A DNA stretch of 15,556 nucleotides from Myxococcota bacterium (GTDB lineage Bacteria > Myxococcota_A > Polyangia > Polyangiales > Sandaracinaceae): the NCBI GenBank assembly GCA_036149055.1, contig JAYZQJ010000175.1, forward strand, positions 1-15,556, in the 5' to 3' direction. The stretch's first letter is position 1; each line of letters begins with the position of its first letter. The notes beneath the pieces were generated by a model. The model was not told where the DNA came from and searched no databases. It saw only the letters and a list, made by a program, of their open reading frames with translations. Position numbers and translations under genes: made by a program. Below, one piece after another: positions 1-6,900 of this stretch.

Positions 1-15
1 GCGCGAGCCGCAGGG

Positions 16-187
16 GACCCAGCGCCCCGCGCTGGGGTCGGGGCCGAGCGGAGCGAGGTCCCGGAGTGGGCAGGGGGGGCCCCGCGGAGCCGGTGCAGCG
101 GCGCGTGCGTAGGGCGCGGATGCGCCCGGAGGCGCGCGCCGTTGTGCCGGCGCAGCGGGGGGGCGGGGGCGGACCCGCCCCTGCCCA
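16..187 (+). repeat. GC-rich multi-hairpin intergenic element (REP/MITE-like) with GNA-triloop motifs
   Basis: Stems read directly: 18-25/29-36; 39-45/57-63 enclosing GA-GCGGAGC-GA; 67-76/178-187; 80-85/155-160; a 20-bp stem 89-108/132-151 with 4 G-T pairs; 112-117/122-127. Lies just past the stop of the minus-strand CPBP gene. Confidence 0.7.
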
Positions 188-191
188 AAAG

Positions 192-1442
192 TCACAGCGC
201 GTCGAGAGCGAGCAGGCCGTTGTAGACGAGGTGGGCCATCCCGCTGACCAGGGTGCTGCGGGACGCCGTGCGCAGGCTCGTCAGCACCAGCCCGGTCACC
301 GTGATCGCCACCAGGGCGCCCCACTGGCCGTAGACCTGCGGCACGTGCGCGAGCACGAAGAGGAGCCAGCCTCCGAGGAAGGCGAGGGCGCGGCTCTTCG
401 GCTCGATGAGGCCCTGGACGAAGCCGCGGAAGAAGATCTCCTCGGCCAGCGGCGCCACCACGGCGAGCGCGGCGAACGAGAGCATGCCGCTCGGCCAGCT
501 GACGAAGGTCTGCACCGCGCTCGCGCCGGTCGAGGGGACGAGCGCGGTGGCGAGCTGCGCGAGGACGACGAGCACGGCGCCGACGAGCAGCGCGGCCGGG
601 AACCAGGCCCACCAGCGACGCGGGCGCCGGAGGCCGAGGCCGTCGAGCCGCGCGGCGAAGCCCGGGCCCGGGACGAGGAGGAGCGCCACCGCGACCTCGA
701 AGGTGGCGAGGCCCACCCCGATGGCGAGGCCCGCCGCGGCCCCGCCCGGGAGGAAGCCGGTGACGAAGAAGCCCGCCAGCACGAGGACGAAGCCGCCCCC
801 GAGGCGCGCCCACCAGGGCAGGGTCCAGGAGGGCTCCCCGGCCCCCATCTCGTCGGCCCAGGGATCCTCGTCCTCCTCTTCGTCCGAGCGGAGCGCGAGG
901 GTGACGAGGAGTCCCAGCGAGCCGATCCAGGTCAGGAGCACGACCAGCACCTGCGGGAGGCCGAGCGGGCGGCGGCCGAGCACCCGGACGCGCAAAGGAA
1001 TGTCGGTCAAGGCGGTCGGCGGCTCGTCCCACGAGGCCTCGATGGCGTAGTCGTCGTCGACGCCGATGGTGCCGCGGCCGATCACCAGGCAGCCGCTGGA
1101 CGCGTCGCGGCGCACCTGACGCAGGATCTCCTCGCTCAGCACCGAGCGGGTCATGACCTCGCGGGCCGCGGGGCGCGAGACCGCCACCGCGAGGGCCCCG
1201 GCCCAGCGCTCCGGCTCCATCGGATCGGCCGCGCAGAGCTCGAAGACGACGAGTTGGTCGCGCCGGAGCCGGACCGACGTGAGGGTCGCGGCCGACGCGC
1301 CGGGCGCGGTGCGCTCCGCCAGCGTCACGTCCTCGTACCAGCGGACCTCCTCGTCCTCGAGGGCCGCGGTCGACACGAAGGCGACGACCACCCCCAGGAG
1401 CACCATCGCTCCCGTGACACCCGAGCCGAGCTTCCAGGCCAT
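192..1442 (-). CDS. CPBP (CAAX/Abi/Rce1-like) intramembrane glutamic endopeptidase with an N-terminal extracytoplasmic domain, 416 aa
   Basis: The C-terminus has the motifs EEIFFRG, FVLAH and HLVYN among many hydrophobic helices. ATG 1442 (MAWKLG...) is preferred over 1499 because a hydrophobic anchor follows it and TACTCT lies 7 nt upstream. Confidence 0.88.
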   Translation of the reverse strand: MAWKLGSGVTGAMVLLGVVVAFVSTAALEDEEVRWYEDVTLAERTAPGASAATLTSVRLRRDQLVVFELCAADPMEPERWAGALAVAVSRPAAREVMTRSVLSEEILRQVRRDASSGCLVIGRGTIGVDDDYAIEASWDEPPTALTDIPLRVRVLGRRPLGLPQVLVVLLTWIGSLGLLVTLALRSDEEEDEDPWADEMGAGEPSWTLPWWARLGGGFVLVLAGFFVTGFLPGGAAAGLAIGVGLATFEVAVALLLVPGPGFAARLDGLGLRRPRRWWAWFPAALLVGAVLVVLAQLATALVPSTGASAVQTFVSWPSGMLSFAALAVVAPLAEEIFFRGFVQGLIEPKSRALAFLGGWLLFVLAHVPQVYGQWGALVAITVTGLVLTSLRTASRSTLVSGMAHLVYNGLLALDAL

Positions 1443-1455
1443 CGCGCCGAGAGTA
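1443..1455 (-). promoter_or_regulatory. Putative -10 box (TACTCT) of a leaderless promoter for the CPBP gene
   Basis: The minus strand reads TACTCT-cggcgcg-ATG. No Shine-Dalgarno and no recognisable -35. Confidence 0.5.
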
Positions 1456-1509
1456 GCCCGAACCACCCGTCCGGCGGGGGACCCATCACGCGCCGCCATT
1501 CCAGGACGT

Positions 1510-1526
1510 TGGCACGACTTTTTTCA
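1510..1526 (+). promoter_or_regulatory. Sigma54-like -24 element (TGGCACG) with a degenerate or shifted -12
   Basis: TGGCACGACTTTTTTCA. The -24 box is perfect, but the expected TTGC is replaced by a T6 run followed by CA. Confidence 0.35.
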
Positions 1527-1710
1527 CGGCGAAGGGCGATCGCCATCTGCACGAGCGGATCGATTTCGAGCGAGATCGCCACCGAAAACCAGGGCGATCG
1601 CCGCCTATCGGATCTTTTGATGGCCGCGTTTAACGACCTGATCCCCGGGGGTTAGCCGGCGATCTCCGAGGTGAAGTGACCTCACGTGACCCTATAGCTC
1701 ACGTCATGGA

Positions 1711-1739
1711 TTGTCGCGCCGAGGTTCCGGTGATAGATC
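1711..1739 (+). promoter_or_regulatory. Putative sigma70-type leaderless promoter of the 94-aa ORF
   Basis: TTGTCG(1711-16)-N17-TAGATC(1734-39)-N7-ATG(1747), with an extended -10 TG at 1731-32. Confidence 0.55.
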
Positions 1740-1746
1740 GCCTCTC

Positions 1747-2031
1747 ATGCGGATCAGCAACTCCTTCTCGGAAGGCGAGATTCAGGTTCTCGACTTCATC
1801 CTCAGCACCCTCCTGCGCGGCGGCTCCCCGCAGATGGCCACGCGGAACAAGGATTTCGCGTCCCTCTGCCGCAAGGTCGTCTCGATGAAGACCCGCGTGG
1901 AGGACCAGAAGCGCAAGAAGGCGCTCAAGCGGAAGCCGCCGGCGGAGTCGTCGGTCGGGCAGATCGACGCGGTCGACGAGGTGGTCGACGCGTCGGGTGA
2001 CGACGACGAGACGGTCGAGAACGTCGGCTGA
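1747..2031 (+). CDS. Small hypothetical protein (94 aa): helical N-terminal domain, Lys/Arg patch, acidic tail
   Basis: Strong GC3 codon bias and protein-like composition (MRISNSFSEGEIQVLDFILSTLLRGG...). The TTG at 1711 given by the ORF track is better read as a -35 box. Confidence 0.8.
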   Translation: MRISNSFSEGEIQVLDFILSTLLRGGSPQMATRNKDFASLCRKVVSMKTRVEDQKRKKALKRKPPAESSVGQIDAVDEVVDASGDDDETVENVG

Positions 2032-2119
2032 GGGCACGGGGAGGCGATCGTGCCCCGTTTTCGGGCGCGATCCACCCCTGCAGCACGCGATCGTTCGCGC
2101 GCTGACCTCGCCGTCGCCG

Positions 2120-2148
2120 TTGACTCCGGCGCCCCGCTGCCGTAATCG
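2120..2148 (+). promoter_or_regulatory. Putative sigma70-type leaderless promoter of pyrC-carA
   Basis: TTGACT(2120-25)-N17-TAATCG(2143-48)-N8-ATG(2157). No SD. Confidence 0.55.
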
Positions 2149-2156
2149 CAGGCCCG

Positions 2157-3449
2157 ATGCTGTGGGTCTTGTGCGGTGGGCGGGTCATCGACCCGAAGCA
2201 CGGTCGTGACGAGGTCGCCGACGTCGTCCTCGAGGACGGCGTCGTGAAGCGGGTCGGTCTCGGCGCGGGCGATGGCCTCGAAGGGGAGGGCGTGCGCCGG
2301 CTCGACGTGAGCGGGCGCTGGGTCACCCCGGGGTTCCTCGATCTGCACGTACACCTGCGCGAGCCTGGCCAGGAGTACAAGGAGGACATCGCCTCGGGGC
2401 TCGCCGCCGCGGCCGCGGGGGGCTTCACCACCGTCTGCGCGATGCCGAACACGCGCCCGGTCAACGACACCCGGGCGATCACGGCGTCGATGGTGGCCCG
2501 GGCCAAGGAGTGCGCCGGCGCGCGCCTCGAGATCTTCGGCGCCGTGACCATGGGCAGCCGGGGCGAGGCGCTCACCGAGATGGGCGACCTCCGCGAGGCG
2601 GGCGCGTTCGGCGTCAGCGACGACGGCGTCTGCGTGATGAACGCCGCCGTGATGCGCCGGGCGCTCGAGTACGCGCGGACCTTCGACCTGCTGGTCTCGC
2701 AGCACTGCGAGGACCACCACATGACCGAAGGCGGCGCGATGAACGAGGGTCGGGTCTCCACCCGCCTCGGGCTGCGCGGCTGGCCGCGGGAGGCGGAGGA
2801 CATCATCGTCGCCCGCGACCTCATCCTCGCGGAGATGACGGGGGCGCGGTACCACGTCGCGCACCTCTCGAGCGGGGGCGCCGTCCGGCTGGTGCGCGAG
2901 GCGAAGTCGCGCGGCCTGCAGGTCACCGCGGAGGTGACGCCGCACCACCTGCTCCTCACCGACGAGGCGGTGGTCGGCTACAAGACCTTCTGCAAGGTGA
3001 ACCCGCCGCTGCGCACCGAGGAGGACGTGGAGGCGGTGCGCGAGGGCCTGCGCGACGGCACCATCGACTGCATCGCGACCGATCACGCGCCCCACAGCCC
3101 CATCGAGAAGGACTGCGAGTTCGACGCCGCCTCCTTCGGCATCCTCGGGCTCGAGCCGGCGCTGCCCACGCTCATGGAGCTGGTGCGGAGCGGCGCCCTG
3201 AGCGAGACCCGCCTGGTCGAGGCCCTCACCGCGTCGCCCGCCAAGGTGGGGCGGCTCGAGGGCGGGAGCCTGGGAGAGGGAGACGTCGCGGACGTGGCCG
3301 TCGTGGACCCGTCGCTCGAGTGGACGCTCGCGCCGGAGACGCTACGGTCCAAATCCCACAACACGCCCTGGCTGGGGCAGCAGATGACGGGCGCGGTGAC
3401 CCACACATTCGTGGGCGGTGAGCTCGTCTACGAGAGGCCGAGCGAATGA
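2157..3449 (+). CDS. pyrC: Dihydroorotase (class I, multifunctional-complex type)
   Basis: DLHVHLREPG, MPNT, SDDG, QHCED, HVAH, KVNPPLR and ATDHAPH are all present, so the metal and substrate ligands are intact. Confidence 0.96.
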   Translation: MLWVLCGGRVIDPKHGRDEVADVVLEDGVVKRVGLGAGDGLEGEGVRRLDVSGRWVTPGFLDLHVHLREPGQEYKEDIASGLAAAAAGGFTTVCAMPNTRPVNDTRAITASMVARAKECAGARLEIFGAVTMGSRGEALTEMGDLREAGAFGVSDDGVCVMNAAVMRRALEYARTFDLLVSQHCEDHHMTEGGAMNEGRVSTRLGLRGWPREAEDIIVARDLILAEMTGARYHVAHLSSGGAVRLVREAKSRGLQVTAEVTPHHLLLTDEAVVGYKTFCKVNPPLRTEEDVEAVREGLRDGTIDCIATDHAPHSPIEKDCEFDAASFGILGLEPALPTLMELVRSGALSETRLVEALTASPAKVGRLEGGSLGEGDVADVAVVDPSLEWTLAPETLRSKSHNTPWLGQQMTGAVTHTFVGGELVYERPSE

Positions 3450-4549
3450 GCGGAGAGCGCGCGCACCTGGTGCTGGCCGACGGCACCGTCTTCGAGGGAC
3501 ACGCGATCGGCGCCCCGGGCACCACCGTGGGCGAGGCGGTCTTCACGACCGGCATGACCGGCTACCAGGAGGTCCTCACCGACCCCTCGTACTGCGGCCA
3601 GATCGTGACGATGACCGCGCCGCAGATGGGCAACACCGGCACCACGTCGGAGGACGAGGAGGCCGAGAAGCCGCACCTCGCCGGCTTCGTGGTGCACGAG
3701 CTGTCGCCCATCGCGAGCAACTGGCGCTCGGATCGGACCCTCGACCGCTACCTGAAGGACCAGGGCGTGGTGGGCATCGCGGGGGTCGACACCCGGGCGC
3801 TCACCCGTCACATCCGCGACGCGGGCGCGCAGATGGCCGCCATCGGCACCGAGGACGTCGCCGCGCTCACCCGGAAGGCGAAGGACGCCCCGCCGATGAG
3901 CGGGCAGGACCTCACCGGCCGCGTCACCGCGGAGGCCCGCTACACCTGGGACGCGGGCTCGGGCGCCTGGCAGGTCGACGACGGAGAGGCCGGCCTGCAC
4001 GTGGTCGCCATCGACTACGGCATCAAGCAGAACATCTTGCGCTGCTTCGTCGACCTCGGCTGCAGGGTCACGGTGCTCCCCGCGAGCGCCAGCGCCGACG
4101 ACGTGCTCGCCGAGCAGCCGGACGGCGTCTTCCTCTCCAACGGCCCGGGCGACCCGGCCGCGGTGGCGAGCGGCATCGAGACCGCGAAGGCCCTGGTGGG
4201 CCAGAAGCCGGTGTTCGGCATCTGCCTCGGCCACCAGCTGCTCTCGCTCGCGCTCGGGGCGAAGACCTTCAAGCTCAAGTTCGGCCACCGCGGGCTCAAC
4301 CACCCGGTGAAGGACCTGACGACCGGCAAGATCGAGATCACGACGCAGAACCACGGGTTCGCGGTCGACCTCGACGCGCTGCCCCCGGGCGTCGAGGTCA
4401 CCCACGTGCACCTCAACGACGGCACCTGCCAGGGCGTCGAGCACCCCGCCTCGGGCAGCTTCGGCGTCCAGTACCACCCCGAAGCCAGCGCCGGCCCCCA
4501 CGACTCCCGCTACCTCTTCTCCCGCTTCATCGAGCGGATGAAGGCTTGA
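3446..4549 (+). CDS. carA: Carbamoyl-phosphate synthase small (glutaminase) subunit
   Basis: GEAVFTTGMTGYQEVLTDPSYCGQ, SNGPGDP, FGICLGHQ (catalytic Cys), QYHPE. ATGA overlap with pyrC. Confidence 0.97.
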   Translation: MSGERAHLVLADGTVFEGHAIGAPGTTVGEAVFTTGMTGYQEVLTDPSYCGQIVTMTAPQMGNTGTTSEDEEAEKPHLAGFVVHELSPIASNWRSDRTLDRYLKDQGVVGIAGVDTRALTRHIRDAGAQMAAIGTEDVAALTRKAKDAPPMSGQDLTGRVTAEARYTWDAGSGAWQVDDGEAGLHVVAIDYGIKQNILRCFVDLGCRVTVLPASASADDVLAEQPDGVFLSNGPGDPAAVASGIETAKALVGQKPVFGICLGHQLLSLALGAKTFKLKFGHRGLNHPVKDLTTGKIEITTQNHGFAVDLDALPPGVEVTHVHLNDGTCQGVEHPASGSFGVQYHPEASAGPHDSRYLFSRFIERMKA

Positions 4550-4550
4550 G

Positions 4551-5537
4551 CTGAGTCGGTCGAGGAGCGTCGTCGCGGCGCTGGTCGTGGCGATGGGCGT
4601 CGCGACGTCCCCTCCCGGAGCGCTCGCCGAGGACGTCACCGCGCGCCTCGAGTGGTCCGCGCCGGCCTCCTGTCCCGGCCCCGAGCGCCTCTCGCGCGCG
4701 GTCGCCGCCGCGATGTCACGCGAGGCCTTCGCCCCGGAGGGTGAGCTGCTGGTCCGCGGGGCGCTGCGCCCGGTCGACGAGGAGCCGGTCCACTGGCGCG
4801 CGGAGCTGGAGCTGGTGTCGGGGGAGGGCGTCTCCATCGGGCGCCGGGTCCTCGACCTGGAGGCGGCGGACTGTGAGGCCTCCCTCGGCCCGCTGGCGCT
4901 GGTCCTGTCGTTGATGCTCGACGTCTCCCGCGAGGAGGTCCGGATCCGGGTCCGGGCGGCGACCGAGGAGCCTTCGCCCGCGCCTCTGCCTACGCCGCCG
5001 CTGCCCGCTCCGGCGTCGGTCGAGGACGCGCCCCGTCTCACCGCGGCGCTCGGGGGCGGCGTCGCCATCGAGCAGGTGCCGGGCGCCGCGGCCACCGTGG
5101 ACCTGCGCGCCGGCGTGCGGTGGCGGTCCTGGACGCTCGAGCTCTGGGCGGCCGCGCTGAGCGAAGGGACGGCGAGCCTCGGGGACGCGTCGGTGCACGC
5201 GTGGGCGGGGCTCGCTGGGGTGTCGACGTGCGGCCTGCCGCTGTCCGGCGAGTGGGACATCGGCGTCTGCGCCGAGGTGGCGGCCGGCTTCACGAGCGCG
5301 CGCGCGGCGGGGCTCAGCCAGGTCCGCGGCGTGGTTCGTCCGCAGGCGGCGCTCGGTCTCACCCTGCGGGTCCGGCGACAGCTCTGGGGGCCTCTCGGGG
5401 TCCGGGTGGAGCTGGGCGGGCGGGCTCTGGCGGTGCGTGACCGGCTGACCATTCGACCCGCCGACGAGACGGTGGTCGCGTTCGAGCCGTGGCCGGTCGC
5501 GCCGACCGGAGGCGTCTGGCTCGATCTCGAACTTTGA
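4551..5537 (+). CDS. Exported hypothetical protein: Cys-paired N-domain, Pro linker, predicted 8-stranded outer-membrane beta-barrel
   Basis: The frame is open from 4542. The first canonical start is GTG 4587, but a complete signal peptide (SRSRSVVAALVVAMGVATSPPGALA|ED) needs CTG 4551, so the start is uncertain. The C-terminal half has about 8 amphipathic Gly/aromatic-rich strands ending GGVWLDLEL. Confidence 0.7.
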   Translation: MSRSRSVVAALVVAMGVATSPPGALAEDVTARLEWSAPASCPGPERLSRAVAAAMSREAFAPEGELLVRGALRPVDEEPVHWRAELELVSGEGVSIGRRVLDLEAADCEASLGPLALVLSLMLDVSREEVRIRVRAATEEPSPAPLPTPPLPAPASVEDAPRLTAALGGGVAIEQVPGAAATVDLRAGVRWRSWTLELWAAALSEGTASLGDASVHAWAGLAGVSTCGLPLSGEWDIGVCAEVAAGFTSARAAGLSQVRGVVRPQAALGLTLRVRRQLWGPLGVRVELGGRALAVRDRLTIRPADETVVAFEPWPVAPTGGVWLDLEL

Positions 5538-5538
5538 G

Positions 5539-5565
5539 TGGGAAATCGGCGAGGCTCCGGCGAAG
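5539..5565 (+). promoter_or_regulatory. Putative ECF-sigma autoregulatory promoter, copy 1
   Basis: TGGGAAA-tcggcgaggctccggc-GAAG, starting 35 nt before ATG 5574. A near copy lies at 6867-6893. Confidence 0.6.
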
Positions 5566-5573
5566 TGGAGGAG

Positions 5574-6092
5574 ATGCTGCTCGCACGCACCGAGGCGCGG
5601 CTGGACGTCGCGGCGGCCGTCCGTGAGCACGCGCCCTACGTGCTGCGGTCGCTCCGGCATCTGGGCGTCCGGACGGCCGACCTGGAGGACGTGGCGCAGG
5701 AGGTCTTCGTCGTCCTGCACCGCCGACGCGCCGACTGGGCCGAAGCGCGTGGCTCCGTGCGGGCGTGGCTCTACGGGATTTGCGTGCGCAAGGCGCAGCA
5801 TCACCGGCGCACCCTCGCGAGGCGGCCGGAGCTCGCGGTCGAGGTGGAGCGCGGCGCCTCCGACGCGACCGAGGCGCGCCTCGACGCGCGGCTGCTCGCC
5901 GGCTGGGTCCTCGATCAGCTCGACGACGACAAGCGCGCGGTCTTCGTGCTCTTCGAGATCGAGGGGCTGCGCATGAAGGAGGTCGCCGAGATCCTCGGGT
6001 GCCCGCTCAAGACGGGGTACTCGCGGCTCGAGGCGGCGCGGAGGACGGTCGCGGCGGCTCACGCCACGGCGCGCGCGAGGGGGTGGCTGTGA
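5574..6092 (+). CDS. ECF (group 4 sigma70) RNA polymerase sigma factor, 172 aa
   Basis: Region 2: DLEDVAQEVFVVL...WLYGICVRKA. Region 4 HTH: RAVFVLFEIEGLRMKEVAEILGCPLKTGYSRL. Alternative start GTG 5538. Confidence 0.93.
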   Translation: MLLARTEARLDVAAAVREHAPYVLRSLRHLGVRTADLEDVAQEVFVVLHRRRADWAEARGSVRAWLYGICVRKAQHHRRTLARRPELAVEVERGASDATEARLDARLLAGWVLDQLDDDKRAVFVLFEIEGLRMKEVAEILGCPLKTGYSRLEAARRTVAAAHATARARGWL

Positions 6093-6853
6093 CCGACGAC
6101 CCGAAGCGGTGGGCGGAAGACGCGCCGAACGACGACCTGGCGGCCCTGATGCGCGGCATGGAGGCCGACCTGCCGACCGAGGCCGAGGTGAGCTCCCTGG
6201 TCGACGCGGTGGAGCGAGCGGTGGTGGCCGGCGGCGGCGGCGGCGGCACGGGGGGTGCGCCCGCCGGCGGTCTGGCGCGGGGCGCGCTCGTCGGCGCGGG
6301 GCTGGGCGCCGCCGGGATCGCGGGGCTGGCGGCCTGGCTGCTGCTCGCGCCTCCGCACGAGCCTCCGAGCGCGCCTCCGTCGACCGCGCCGACGGCGCCC
6401 ACCGAGGCCCCGCCCGCTCCGCCGACCCGGGCTGCTCCGATGGAGGCTGCTCCGATGGAGGCTGCTCCGATCGAAGAGGGGCCGCGCGAGCCGGCCGACC
6501 CTCCCGCTCGGGCGGCCCCGGCGCCGAGCCCGAGCGAGCGCGCGCCCGCCCAGGCTGCGCGGCGCGCCCGACGGTCGAGCCCATCGATCGAGGAGCCTCC
6601 GGACGAGCTGTCGCTGCTGAGCGCGGCCCGCGCGGCCCTCGACGACGATCCGGGGCGGGCCCTCTCGCTCGCCGCCGACCACGCGCGCTTCCACCCGCGC
6701 GGCGCGCTGACCGAGGAGCGCGAGGTCATCGCGATCGACGCGCTCGCCGCCCTGGGGCGGACGCAGGCGGCGCGGGCTCGTGCCGACGCGTTCGCCCGAC
6801 GCTGGCCGCGATCGGCGCATCGTGCGCACCTCCGGACGCTTCTCGAGCGATGA
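6089..6853 (+). CDS. Putative single-pass anti-sigma factor with Pro-rich linker and C-terminal TPR-like helices, 254 aa
   Basis: GTGA overlap with the sigma stop. Short acidic N-domain, Gly run, TM segment (ALVGAGLGAAGIAGLAAWLLLA), Pro/Ala linker, then a helical domain (LSAARAAL...EEREVIAIDALAALGR...FARRWPRS). Confidence 0.78.
   Translation: MTDDPKRWAEDAPNDDLAALMRGMEADLPTEAEVSSLVDAVERAVVAGGGGGGTGGAPAGGLARGALVGAGLGAAGIAGLAAWLLLAPPHEPPSAPPSTAPTAPTEAPPAPPTRAAPMEAAPMEAAPIEEGPREPADPPARAAPAPSPSERAPAQAARRARRSSPSIEEPPDELSLLSAARAALDDDPGRALSLAADHARFHPRGALTEEREVIAIDALAALGRTQAARARADAFARRWPRSAHRAHLRTLLER
6431..6475 (+). repeat. 15-bp in-frame tandem repeat x3 (AAPME-AAPME-AAPIE)
   Basis: gctgctccgatggag twice, then gctgctccgatcgaa. 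Confidence 0.9.
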
Positions 6854-6866
6854 ATCGAGCGTCGAA

Positions 6867-6893
6867 TGGGAAAACCGCGACGCCGCGGGAAAG
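6867..6893 (+). promoter_or_regulatory. Putative ECF-sigma promoter, copy 2
   Basis: TGGGAAA-accgcgacgccgcggg-AAAG, starting 34 nt before ATG 6901. Confidence 0.6.
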
Positions 6894-6900
6894 GGGGGGC

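Noticed and set aside
66..1655. 529-aa plus-strand ORF opposite the CPBP gene
   Set aside because: Antisense shadow ORF typical of high-GC DNA. It runs through the hairpin element and has no domain motifs.
1500..1750. Replication origin suggested by the GATC cluster
   Set aside because: No DnaA boxes (TTATCCACA-like), no AT-rich unwinding element and no dnaA/dnaN context.
5765..6088. N-terminal extensions of the anti-sigma ORF (also kinase 13024-13188 and FHA 11924-12022)
   Set aside because: They overlap upstream genes or promoters. The GTGA couplings at 6089 and 13189 and the ATG at 12023 are better starts.
6109..6900. N-terminal extension of the lipoprotein ORF (886 aa in the track)
   Set aside because: It overlaps the anti-sigma gene in another frame. 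The signal peptide, lipobox and promoter motif fix the start at 6901.
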